Positions 30,732 through 39,793 of a DNA stretch of 64,000 bases are shown here, piece after piece. Source of the stretch: Candidatus Latescibacterota bacterium (GTDB taxonomy: Bacteria > Latescibacterota > UBA2968 > UBA8231). The stretch is from NCBI GenBank assembly GCA_965217585.1, contig OZ244561.1:5920001-5984000 (forward strand), written 5' to 3'. Position numbers and translations under genes: made by a program. Every line of letters begins with the position of its first letter. Position 1 is the stretch's first letter. The notes under the pieces are model-generated. The model was not told the origin of the DNA. It was given only the letters and a program-made list of their open reading frames with translations, and did not search any database.

Positions 30732-31079
30732 ATGATAGCTCATTATTGGGTCTTGGGACTTTCCCCGGCCGCGTCCCAAGAAGAGATTCGCCAGCGCTAT
30801 TTGCAGCTAATCCGCACGCATCCGCCTAGCCAAAACCCCGAGCGTTTCCAGCAAATTACGGCCGCATACGAGGCCTTGAAGGATGCCCGCTCTCGAGCGG
30901 AAACGGCCATTTTCGGGATGGCCCAGTACGGCGATTTTGAATTGGCACTCGCGGCATTGGTGCAGGCGCGTCCGGCTGAGCGCAAGGTGCCGGGCTTAAA
31001 AACTCTCCTCGCCGCAGAAGGCAAGACGACTGGAAATCCGCAGATGGCGCAGATGAAAGGCGAAGGCAAGGATGGGTAG
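30732..31079 (+). CDS. Small J-domain protein (HPP in place of HPD)
   Basis: HYWVLGLSPAASQEEIRQRYLQLIRTHPP...ERFQQITAAYEAL. Confidence 0.88.
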   Translation: MIAHYWVLGLSPAASQEEIRQRYLQLIRTHPPSQNPERFQQITAAYEALKDARSRAETAIFGMAQYGDFELALAALVQARPAERKVPGLKTLLAAEGKTTGNPQMAQMKGEGKDG

Positions 31080-31740
31080 AAAGGGCGACGACTGGAAGCA
31101 ACAGGCCCTAGCGGATTTTGGACAGTGGCTGGACGAGTGGGCCGAGGACCCTTTAGAGGCCGATGCCGAGGAAACCGCCGAGTGCGACCTGCGCGACCTG
31201 TTTGCCGAAATTGCCGCCCTGCGGCAGGAGACCCGTCTGCAGAACCGGGAGCAGGCCAAGGCCGGCCGGGAGTTGGAAAAGGCGGCTACCCTATACGGGA
31301 CGGTCGCAGACTGGGCGCAGCGCCGGGAAGAGGATCTGGCGTCCTTTGAGAAGCGCATCGCTAGGGCGGCCGAGGATCGCTGTCTGCGGCCCTTTTTAGC
31401 TGTGCGCGACGCTTTGGTGCGAGGCCGAGCCGCGGCGGTCCAGCTACACAGACCGCCGCGGCTGTTCCGGCGTCCAGCGCCGGGGATCGCCGGGGTGGTG
31501 CAAGGCTATGAATTGGCCCTCAGACGCTTTGACCGGATGCTGGCCCAGTTTGGCGTCCAGCTTTTGCAGACCGTAGGGCATCCCTTTGATGCCCGCACGA
31601 TGCGGGCAGTAGAGACGCGCCGGGTCGCGCAGCGCGAAGACAACGTGGTCGTCGAGGAATTCCTCAGTGGTTTTACGCGCGAGGGCGAAGTACTGCGCTT
31701 GGCCGAGGTGGCAGTGAACCGTCTCGACATACAGGAGTGA
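31072..31740 (+). CDS. GrpE-like nucleotide exchange factor
   Basis: Coiled coil followed by VGHPFDARTMRAV...VVEEFLSGF...VLRLAEVAV. Confidence 0.88.
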   Translation: MGRKGDDWKQQALADFGQWLDEWAEDPLEADAEETAECDLRDLFAEIAALRQETRLQNREQAKAGRELEKAATLYGTVADWAQRREEDLASFEKRIARAAEDRCLRPFLAVRDALVRGRAAAVQLHRPPRLFRRPAPGIAGVVQGYELALRRFDRMLAQFGVQLLQTVGHPFDARTMRAVETRRVAQREDNVVVEEFLSGFTREGEVLRLAEVAVNRLDIQE

Positions 31741-31745
31741 TTTCC

Positions 31746-33488
31746 ATGGAAGCAATTATCGGTATAGACTTGGGCACGACCAACTCGGAAGTGGCGATCA
31801 TTTCCAAGGGGACGCCAGCAATCGTCTGGGAGGACAATGAAGCGCTTTTACCTTCGTGCGTGGGGCTCAATGAAATGGGGCAGGTCATCGTCGGGCACCA
31901 GGCCCGCAACCAGTACGCGGTCGCCCCCGAGCGCACGGTGCTTTCTATCAAGCGCCTGATGGGGTCTGAGACCCGGGTGCCGATGGGGGCGGAGGAATAC
32001 ACGCCTCAAGAGATTTCGGCCTTTATCCTCAAGGCGCTCAAAGAGCGGGCGAGCCGCGCCCTAGAGCGGCCTGTGTCCAAGGCGGTCATTACCGTACCGG
32101 CCTATTTCACCGATGCCCAGCGGCAGGCCACCCGGGAAGCCGGCGATCTCGCCGGCCTAGAGGTCGTGCGGATCATCAACGAGCCCACGGCCGCGGCCCT
32201 CAGTTACGAGAGCAGCAGCGAGGGACACCGCAAAATCCTCGTGTACGATCTGGGTGGGGGCACCTTCGACGTCTCGGTGGTGGGCATGGAAGCAGGTGTG
32301 GTCGAGGTCTTGGCTTCCACCGGAGACAACCACTTAGGCGGCGACGATTTCGATCAGGTCCTTCTCGAGCGCCTCAACGCCCACCTCGAAACTGAGTTGG
32401 GCCTCGCAGACGTCCGCCAGAACCGCCTTTTGCAGGCGCGGCTGCGACGGGCGGCCGAAGGGGCCAAAATCGAACTCTCTCGCCAGCCTTACACCCGCGT
32501 GGAGGAGGACCACATCGCCTCGGTCAACGGCGAGGCCCTGCATCTTTCCTGCGAACTGAGCCGCGCCGACTTTGAGCGCGACCTAGAAGAGCCGCTCGCC
32601 CGCACCATGCAGGCCGTCACTGGGGCACTCAACGACGCCGATGTGCGCCCCAGCCAACTCGACCGCATTCTGCTGGTGGGCGGTTCGACCCGCATTCCGC
32701 GCATTGCCCAACTCCTTTCGGAGAGACTGGGGCAGGAGCCCCACGGCGGCGTGGACCCCGATTTGTGCGTGGCGCTGGGGGCCGCGGTGCAGGCGGGGAT
32801 CGAAATGGGACAGACCGTGCGAGCCGTGCTGGTCGATATCACGCCCTATACTTTTGGGACCAGCGCCGTAGGGGAACTCTATGGCATGCCTTACGCCCAC
32901 CAATTCATTCCCCTCATCCGGCGCAACGCCAAACTCCCGGCCACCCGGACCGAGGTGTTCTTCACTATGCACGAAGAACAAGAGACCGTGGAGATCAAAG
33001 TCTATCAGGGGGAAGATACAGACGCCTTGAAGAACGTGGAGATCGGCACCTTCCTCTTTGGCGACTTAAATCAGCAGAAAGGCGCTCAGGAGCAGGGCAT
33101 CCTCTTTACCTACAGCTTGGATCTCGACGGTCTCTTGAAAGTTCACGCAGTCGAACGGGCGACCGGCCGGGAAATCCGCGGCGTAGTCAATAATGCTCTG
33201 GGGCATTCCACCGAAGAAGAACTCAGCGCATCTAGGAAGCGGATCGAGGCGCTTTGGGGCGCGGAGGAAGCAGCATCCGTGGAGGAGGCCGGCCACGCCG
33301 AGAAATCCGCGGCGGTCAAGGATACCCTAGAGAGGGCCGCAGAAGCGCTCGATACGGCCCCAGCCGAAGATCGAGAAGAGATCGTCAATCTGGTGGAGGA
33401 TCTGCGCGACGCCCTGCAGGAAGGGTGTGCCGAGAAGGTCGCTGCTTGCAAGCGGGAACTCGACGAAATTCTCTTCTATTTGGAGTAG
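31746..33488 (+). CDS. Specialised Hsp70 (DnaK-like) chaperone
   Basis: IGIDLGTTNS, TVPAYF, INEPTAAA, YDLGGGTFDVS, LVGGSTRIP; divergent linker/SBD and short lid. Confidence 0.95.
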   Translation: MEAIIGIDLGTTNSEVAIISKGTPAIVWEDNEALLPSCVGLNEMGQVIVGHQARNQYAVAPERTVLSIKRLMGSETRVPMGAEEYTPQEISAFILKALKERASRALERPVSKAVITVPAYFTDAQRQATREAGDLAGLEVVRIINEPTAAALSYESSSEGHRKILVYDLGGGTFDVSVVGMEAGVVEVLASTGDNHLGGDDFDQVLLERLNAHLETELGLADVRQNRLLQARLRRAAEGAKIELSRQPYTRVEEDHIASVNGEALHLSCELSRADFERDLEEPLARTMQAVTGALNDADVRPSQLDRILLVGGSTRIPRIAQLLSERLGQEPHGGVDPDLCVALGAAVQAGIEMGQTVRAVLVDITPYTFGTSAVGELYGMPYAHQFIPLIRRNAKLPATRTEVFFTMHEEQETVEIKVYQGEDTDALKNVEIGTFLFGDLNQQKGAQEQGILFTYSLDLDGLLKVHAVERATGREIRGVVNNALGHSTEEELSASRKRIEALWGAEEAASVEEAGHAEKSAAVKDTLERAAEALDTAPAEDREEIVNLVEDLRDALQEGCAEKVAACKRELDEILFYLE

Positions 33489-33493
33489 CCCGC

Positions 33494-33799
33494 GTGGAAC
33501 GCTGTCCGACGTGTAAGGCCCAGCACCGAGGGGGCCTTTTCTGCCATCGCTGCAAGACCGATTTGCGCCAAGTGCTGGCGGTCGAACGGGCTGCGGACCG
33601 CCAGCGGCGGCACGCACGTGCGGCGCTTGAACGCGGTTGTAGGTCCCAAGCCCGCGCCTGCGCCCGCCGCGCCTGCGCCCTCCACCGATCCCCCGATTCC
33701 CTAAGGGTGCGGGCCCTAGTTGCTCTGGGGGACGGCGATTTCCCGCTGGCGCTGAGGCTTTGGCGGGAAATTCGGCAAGGGCGTGAGGCCGAGATATAG
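33494..33799 (+). CDS. Double CxxC zinc-ribbon plus TPR-like small protein
   Basis: GTG start 5 nt after the Hsp70 stop; RCPTCKA...FCHRCKTDL then a helical Ala/Arg-rich segment. Confidence 0.75.
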   Translation: MERCPTCKAQHRGGLFCHRCKTDLRQVLAVERAADRQRRHARAALERGCRSQARACARRACALHRSPDSLRVRALVALGDGDFPLALRLWREIRQGREAEI

Positions 33800-33840
33800 C
33801 TCTTGGCGCTGGCGACCGGGCCGAAAGTGCCGACCTGATA
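33788..33840 (-). repeat. Decayed partial copy of serine hydrolase gene segment 34767-34840
   Basis: GCCGAGATATAGCTCTTGGC identical at 33788 and 34767; after a 21-bp gap a further 33 bp align (YQVGTFGPVAS-AKSYISA vs YLVASFGPVASVEVTFSCAKSYISA). Confidence 0.8.
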
Positions 33841-33949
33841 AAGGACGGTCTCCTCCTTCAGTCGATCAGTACTTTTTCGCGGCGTTGGGCGCTGTCGTAT
33901 AGGGCGTTGAGCACCTGCATGAGGCGATAGGCGTCTGGGCGCGGGGGGA

Positions 33950-35071
33950 TCAACCAGACGGAACTTCACTGGCGAGAATGCGGTCAATCACGGCCTTGGC
34001 ATCGCCGCACCAGCGCAGGACGATGACCAGCTCGCGCTCCGGCTCGACGAAGACGATGTTGCCGCCGGCCCCGCGCGCCGCAAAACTTTCGAGACAGGCC
34101 AAATCGGACATGTCGTGTTGGTGGTTGAGCCACCACAGGAAGCCGTACTCGGGCTTGATGGAGCAGGGGGTGAGGGAGTGGTCAATCCATTGTTCGGAGA
34201 GGATTTGTCGGCCGTTCCAGCGCCCTCGCCGCTGGAAGAGCAGGCCAAAGCGGGCGTGGCCGTAGGTGGCGATCCACAGGCCGCCGCCCCAGTGCGTGCC
34301 GCCGGAGACGGATTGGACCCTTTGCCCGCCTTCCTCGACCCAAGAGGTTTCGTACCCGTGCCATTCCCAAGTGGGAGAGGCCCCAATGGGGTCCATGATG
34401 GTTTCTTTGAGCACTGGAGGTAAGGGGCCACGGAAAAGGCGCAACAGGCTGAGGGCGGTGCGGTTGACGCGGACGTCGTTGTATTCCCAAAAGGTGCCGG
34501 GCGGTTCCAGAGACCGGTAATCGTCGGCGCTGGAGGCCGCGCCGCCCACCGTGGCTTCGGCGGCACCTTGGCCCAGTTGGCGGCCGCGGTCAATCCAGTC
34601 GGGGAGGCCGAAGAGTTCGCCTTCCCACTCGCTGGTTTGTTGCAGCAAATGCCGCCAAGTGATGGAGGCGTTGTGGGCGCTGTCAAAGCCGCTGTCGGCG
34701 ACCGTGCGGCCGACGGGTTCGTCCAGATCGCGTATTAGCCCTTGGTCGAAGGCGACCCCGGCCAGCGCCGAGATATAGCTCTTGGCACAACTGAACGTGA
34801 CTTCGACGCTAGCGACTGGGCCGAAGGAGGCGACCAGATATCCTTGCCGCACGATCAGGCCGGCTGTGGCTCTCCGTTTTTTGAGTGGGCCTAACGGACG
34901 GTCGTTGGGGTGGCGGTCGCCCTTGGGCAGCATGGTGGCCAAATTGGTGGAGGCTTGGATCTCTTGGGTCTGGGCGAAGGCCAATGCCGCGGCTAGTTTG
35001 TCGGCGTCGAAGCCGGCTTGGGCGGGGCTGCGGCGCAGCCAATCGTGGGGGGTGGGGCAGTAGGTAGTCAT
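33950..35071 (-). CDS. Serine hydrolase, beta-lactamase class C family
   Basis: SCAK (SxxK), HLLQQTS, WEYND (YxN-like), YGFLWW, AARGAGG. Confidence 0.9.
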   Translation of the reverse strand: MTTYCPTPHDWLRRSPAQAGFDADKLAAALAFAQTQEIQASTNLATMLPKGDRHPNDRPLGPLKKRRATAGLIVRQGYLVASFGPVASVEVTFSCAKSYISALAGVAFDQGLIRDLDEPVGRTVADSGFDSAHNASITWRHLLQQTSEWEGELFGLPDWIDRGRQLGQGAAEATVGGAASSADDYRSLEPPGTFWEYNDVRVNRTALSLLRLFRGPLPPVLKETIMDPIGASPTWEWHGYETSWVEEGGQRVQSVSGGTHWGGGLWIATYGHARFGLLFQRRGRWNGRQILSEQWIDHSLTPCSIKPEYGFLWWLNHQHDMSDLACLESFAARGAGGNIVFVEPERELVIVLRWCGDAKAVIDRILASEVPSG

Positions 35072-35075
35072 AGCA

Positions 35076-36050
35076 CTACACCTCTCCATCGAGGGCCCGG
35101 AGCAACGCCTTTGTGTAGCCCACGGCAAAGGCAGTGGCCGCGCGCTGTCCGTCGTCGTCGTCGTAGTGCGGCAGGTGATCCATCTGCAAGCCGCCGTTGA
35201 AACCCACCTCGCGCAGCGTCTCGAGCACGGCGAACATATTCATGTCGCCGTCGTCGATCCCAACTTCGGCGTAACCGCCGTTGGGCACCGTTCCCTCGAC
35301 GTTGCGGAAGTGGGTGTGGAAGATCTTCCCCTGCTGACCCCAGTGGCGGATGTCGTCCAGAATGCCGTCCCCGAGGGCTTCGTAGCGGGTGCCGATGCAG
35401 TAGAGCAGACCGCTGTGGTCGCTGGGCACTGCGGCCAAGATATCCGTCCAGCGCCGGGGGGAGAGTTCGCTATCGGGCAGGGGTGGGTCGGAGGGATGGA
35501 CGATGAGCCGCACGTCGCAGGCCTCGGCCACGGGTACGAGCCGTTCGTACATGGACACGCAGCGCTGCCAGTGCTCCTCTGGGTCGAAGGGCTCGAGGGG
35601 ATCGGTGGCGAGGCTCTGCCGCAGGCGCTCCGCATCGAAAGCACCCATGCGGTAGCCGCCGCGGTGGGTCTTGGTGTAGCCGCCGCGGTAGCCTGGGTTG
35701 TGGTGCCGGTACGCCGGCGTCTGCGCCAGATGGACGGGCATCGACATGAATGGAATTCCCACGCGCCCGATGATCTCGATCGCGGTACACAGGGCGTCGA
35801 GCTGCGCCTCGCCACCGGGCTCGCCGCTCAGGAAGTGGACTGGTTCGGCCGGGGTGACGCGGTAGATGTGCAGTCCAGCCGCCTCGACCCGGGCCTTTAG
35901 CATGCGCAACTCCTCCAAGTGCGGGTAGCCCTGCTCGGCGAACCTGGGCAGGCTTTCCGCGTTGTGGATGTCGAGGCCGTCAGCGCCGATCTGCACGGCG
36001 AAGCGCAAGTAGTCGTCGGAGAGATCGCGCTGGCGTACGAGGACTTTCAT
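35076..36050 (-). CDS. Mannonate dehydratase (UxuA)-like protein, second paralogue
   Basis: VHPSDPP, YCIGT, IFHTHFRNV, DGDMNM, MDH. Confidence 0.85.
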   Translation of the reverse strand: MKVLVRQRDLSDDYLRFAVQIGADGLDIHNAESLPRFAEQGYPHLEELRMLKARVEAAGLHIYRVTPAEPVHFLSGEPGGEAQLDALCTAIEIIGRVGIPFMSMPVHLAQTPAYRHHNPGYRGGYTKTHRGGYRMGAFDAERLRQSLATDPLEPFDPEEHWQRCVSMYERLVPVAEACDVRLIVHPSDPPLPDSELSPRRWTDILAAVPSDHSGLLYCIGTRYEALGDGILDDIRHWGQQGKIFHTHFRNVEGTVPNGGYAEVGIDDGDMNMFAVLETLREVGFNGGLQMDHLPHYDDDDGQRAATAFAVGYTKALLRALDGEV

Positions 36051-36289
36051 CGGTGAATCTCCGGCATTAGGGGTCGCGTCAGCAGCCTTTACAGAGTATG
36101 CAAAGTATTGAAAAATGCCATAGCGGACAATCCGCTCACTACTCCCGGAGACGGCCCCAGCCTGCAATCGATCTTCAGTTCAATGACCCGGATGGTTATA
36201 TTGTGCAGATATTCGACCCGATTGACCCGTGCGAGCATCTGGTAGGGTCATCTCGACCATGTGCATCGTCAGCGCCGCAAGAGACCTTT

Positions 36290-37531
36290 ATGCAGAAAAA
36301 CCAGTGCCCAATTCACCTATGGCGGTGTTGTGTGTGCCTGTTGATCATGACGCTGCAGGGAGCCCAGACCATGTCCGCCCAGAACAGGTCGGCCAGTACG
36401 AGCGGAAGCCCCAAACAGGTCATGGGGCTGGAAAAGGTGATCGCCTTCTACGGAGCCTACCCGGAACTCGAATCGCAGACCTTTACCAGAGGCGGTGATT
36501 GGAAGTATTGGCAGGCTAGGGGCGGGATCGTCTCCGAGGGGGTGGTCCACTATAATTTTCTGCGCAAGAACGTCGACGAGGCTGCCGATGTCTTGGCCCG
36601 GATGGACTTTGCAGACAATCCCAACCCGGTGATCAACATCGACGAGTTCGGCTGGGACTACGACGGAGGCATCGACCAGCATACGGCCGCGATCCTCCAG
36701 GCCGTGCACGAGAAGAGGCCGGACCTGAAAATCACAGTCTGGCAGATGCGAGGCCCGGTTGCGCCGGAGTTGGCGGCGGTGTACCGGCAGACGGTCGAGC
36801 TGGTTTTGCTGGAGACCTATTTCGACCTCAACGACGCGTGGATGATCCCGTTTCAGCTTCAGGCCGCGCGGCTTACCGGCCTCCTCGACAAGTGCGTGGT
36901 GGCCCTCGGTCTGGGCAAGGAGAGCGAGGACAAGGGCAACCATAGATGGACCCAGACGGCGGAAGAACTAGAACAACAGATCCGCCTGATCCGCTTTGTC
37001 GCGCCCGAGTCGCCCGGCGTGGGGTTCTTTGGCAAGTGGAAGCTCAAGGAGAACAATTGTCCGCTGACGGACGAACAGCTGGACGAGATCTGCGGCCGGT
37101 TCCTAGAGACTCCCACCGACGGCAGTGGCCTCGCGCCTGAGCTGCTCGAACTGGGGAAGGTGTTCACCAAGCGCTACGAAAAGCCAGCCATCTTCTGTTC
37201 GTCGGAGTTCGCACTGCCGCATTTCCACTCTGGCCACGATGGAGGTCCTTGGGGTAGCATGCATGAACCTCCGACCGTGCGCCTATTGATGATGAATCTG
37301 GGTCAAGAGGACGCCAGCGGCGTCAAAGCGCGATTGCGAAGTCCGGGAGCGGAGGGCGAAGTCTGGGCCAGTGGACAGGTAGACATCCCGGCCCGGTCCG
37401 TCGTGGTCGCCCTGCTGGACATACTGCCGGGCAAGCAATACAATGGCTGGACGGGCACCGAGGTTTTGGAGGTTGAAGCGCCGGGAGCCGCGGTGTTCAA
37501 TTTCAAGGATTCTCGTTTCCACGAAAGATAG
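36290..37531 (+). CDS. Hypothetical exported protein
   Basis: Long ORF with a signal-like segment (VCLLIMTLQGA); NIDEFG possible TIM-barrel acid; start uncertain. Confidence 0.7.
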   Translation: MQKNQCPIHLWRCCVCLLIMTLQGAQTMSAQNRSASTSGSPKQVMGLEKVIAFYGAYPELESQTFTRGGDWKYWQARGGIVSEGVVHYNFLRKNVDEAADVLARMDFADNPNPVINIDEFGWDYDGGIDQHTAAILQAVHEKRPDLKITVWQMRGPVAPELAAVYRQTVELVLLETYFDLNDAWMIPFQLQAARLTGLLDKCVVALGLGKESEDKGNHRWTQTAEELEQQIRLIRFVAPESPGVGFFGKWKLKENNCPLTDEQLDEICGRFLETPTDGSGLAPELLELGKVFTKRYEKPAIFCSSEFALPHFHSGHDGGPWGSMHEPPTVRLLMMNLGQEDASGVKARLRSPGAEGEVWASGQVDIPARSVVVALLDILPGKQYNGWTGTEVLEVEAPGAAVFNFKDSRFHER

Positions 37532-37546
37532 AGGGATGACTCCGAA

Positions 37547-39793
37547 TCAGCGACACTGCGCTCCTGCCGACGCCACCAATTCGATCCGATATTGAGGATG
37601 GCAGTCCATCTCCAGGGCGGCGTGGGCGAAAAAGGGATACACACTCCACTCGACGCAGGCCAAGAGATCGGGCTTGCCGTCGCCGTTGAGATCCCCGGCC
37701 CAGGCGCTGGGGCCGTGGATGGTACAGGCAATGGGGGTGCCGTAGCACTTGAATTGCCGGGGGGCCGCAAAGACGGGCTCTTGCGGTGAGCCGACATTGC
37801 GCAAGAGGTAGATTTCGCCCGTGCCAGCGAGATTGTAGATGAGATCGATCAAGCCATCGCCGTCCCAGTCGCAGGCGCGGAAGGATTCGGTCCAGTGTTT
37901 TTGCCGGCCGACAATGCTATCGTCAATGGGGCGGCCGTCCTCCAATAGCACCGGGCCGGCCGCTCTGACCCGCGGCTGGCCATCGCTGTGCATGTACTGG
38001 ATAAAAAGCGTGGCTTGGCGCTGATAGTTGTGGGTGATAAAATCCATCAGACCGTCGCCGTTCCAGTCGGCAAAAGCAGCGCCCGTGCGCCAGAAGAAAG
38101 GCGAGCGAGGGTCGGTTGGGTAGGGATGATTGGGCAAGTTGGGGTCGGTGCCCAAAAGACCCGATTCGGCTCGGGTCTGGGGCGAATCGGGGAAGCCTTC
38201 CACTTCGATGAATTGGCGCGGCCCAAAATAAGGGACTTTGTCAGTACCTATATTGCGATACCAGATAATGCGGTTGGTCTCGTTGGGCAGCATCAGGTCG
38301 AGCAGGCCGTCGCCGTCCCAATCGACCAGCACGGGATAGGGGTAGCCCATATTGTGCCAGTGGTCGCCGCCCAGCAAATCGCCGCGCAGTACCCGGATGG
38401 GCCCCTCAGTAGAGGGGATCAATTGCGGTTCGTCAAAGGCGGGACGCTGGTTATCGCCCCGGTTGTGCACTAGGCGCGGCCAGCCGTAGCCGCCGCCAAT
38501 GACCAAATCCCAAACCCCGTCATTGTCCCAGTCCGCGGCGCAGGGCCAGGCCTGGTCACTCCAAGAGACCGGAGGCGATGGGGCTTGGAGGAGGCCGCGC
38601 CTCACTAGCTGGCCGGGACCGGTCAATTCATAAAAGACTAGATGCTGATAGGTGTTGCACTGCAACAGGAGACCGGGGTGCGGCTCTTGGCTGGCGGCTA
38701 GTTGGGTGTAGTCCGCGGCGTCGGGTATGTCGGGCAGGGCTTGGGGCGGACCGTACTGGATGGGATTGGTGCCAGTGAGACAGCGCCAGCAGAGCGCGCA
38801 CGGCTGGTCTGGGGGCGGATAGGCGGAAGCCCTCCCTTCCAGGCCGATCAGTTCCAAACGACCGTCGCCATCTAGGTCGAGAAAGGCGATGTGCGGGCCA
38901 CTGCCCAAGTCTTGGGGTGGGCCGGGCCGGAAGGGAGCACCGGTGGCCGCGAGATTGGCAATGAGGTGGCCGTTGACCACCAGATCGACCGCGCCGTTGC
39001 CGGTGATGTCTTGCAGAATTAGGTGCTCAATGGTAACAAAAGGGGTCTCAATGGAGCCATGGGGGGCAAAGAGCGGTAGGTTGCCCTCGTCGCACTGGCC
39101 GGTGTTGCGAAAGAAGGAGACCTCGCTGCGGCTGCGGTCGGCAAAGGCCAAGTCGACCAGCCCATTGCCGTCCATATCGGCAAAGGCGGCTCGCACGTAC
39201 ACGCCGGGAAAGTGCTTTAACTCGCCGTCCTCGACATAGCGCAGGCGCGCCATATCGCCAAAGAGCAAGTCCTCTGCGGTGCCAATGCGCGGACAGCAGA
39301 CCAAGCCGCTTATGGGCGCACCGGGCCGGTGGTAGTAATTCCAGCAGCCCGCCAGGTCGGCCCGGCCGTCGCCGGTCAGGTCGACCAGATGCAGGGAATT
39401 GCTCAGGACCAAGGGGCGTGGGTTAGGGGCGTTGTAGCGCAGCAGGTCGCCGTTGCCCACCAAGGGGACATAGGACTGCGGCACTAGCGCCGGCCGGCAG
39501 TCGGCCGTGGCAAAGCGGATTTCGTATTCAATGTGGTCGGGCTCGTCTATGGTCCACTCAATGCGGCCCCGATCGCCGTAGGATAGGTCCTCGCTGCGGG
39601 CAAAAGCGACGGGTGCACCGCTGGCGAGATTGACTACGATAATGGAATTGGGATCGAGCACGCCCCGGGCCCCGGCCTGGGCAATGAGACGGCCAAAGTC
39701 GACGACGGGCGAAAAGGGAATGCGGCCCCAATCGCTGGGCAGGGGCGAAGTAATGATGAGTCGGCAGCGGAGCACGTTTAGCGAGACTCGCAC
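37547..39793 (-). CDS. FG-GAP/VCBS repeat beta-propeller protein
   Basis: Repeated DxxGDGxxDL motifs (DLTGDGRADL, DMDGNGLVDL, DWDNDGVWDL, DWDGDGLLDL, DLNGDGKPDL); start uncertain. Confidence 0.88.
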   Translation of the reverse strand: MRVSLNVLRCRLIITSPLPSDWGRIPFSPVVDFGRLIAQAGARGVLDPNSIIVVNLASGAPVAFARSEDLSYGDRGRIEWTIDEPDHIEYEIRFATADCRPALVPQSYVPLVGNGDLLRYNAPNPRPLVLSNSLHLVDLTGDGRADLAGCWNYYHRPGAPISGLVCCPRIGTAEDLLFGDMARLRYVEDGELKHFPGVYVRAAFADMDGNGLVDLAFADRSRSEVSFFRNTGQCDEGNLPLFAPHGSIETPFVTIEHLILQDITGNGAVDLVVNGHLIANLAATGAPFRPGPPQDLGSGPHIAFLDLDGDGRLELIGLEGRASAYPPPDQPCALCWRCLTGTNPIQYGPPQALPDIPDAADYTQLAASQEPHPGLLLQCNTYQHLVFYELTGPGQLVRRGLLQAPSPPVSWSDQAWPCAADWDNDGVWDLVIGGGYGWPRLVHNRGDNQRPAFDEPQLIPSTEGPIRVLRGDLLGGDHWHNMGYPYPVLVDWDGDGLLDLMLPNETNRIIWYRNIGTDKVPYFGPRQFIEVEGFPDSPQTRAESGLLGTDPNLPNHPYPTDPRSPFFWRTGAAFADWNGDGLMDFITHNYQRQATLFIQYMHSDGQPRVRAAGPVLLEDGRPIDDSIVGRQKHWTESFRACDWDGDGLIDLIYNLAGTGEIYLLRNVGSPQEPVFAAPRQFKCYGTPIACTIHGPSAWAGDLNGDGKPDLLACVEWSVYPFFAHAALEMDCHPQYRIELVASAGAQCR

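Noticed and set aside
22834-36214. One glyoxalase gene split by a 13-kb insertion
   Set aside because: The intervening DNA includes core typA/deaD and shows no element ends; two independent relics are more parsimonious and each match is short
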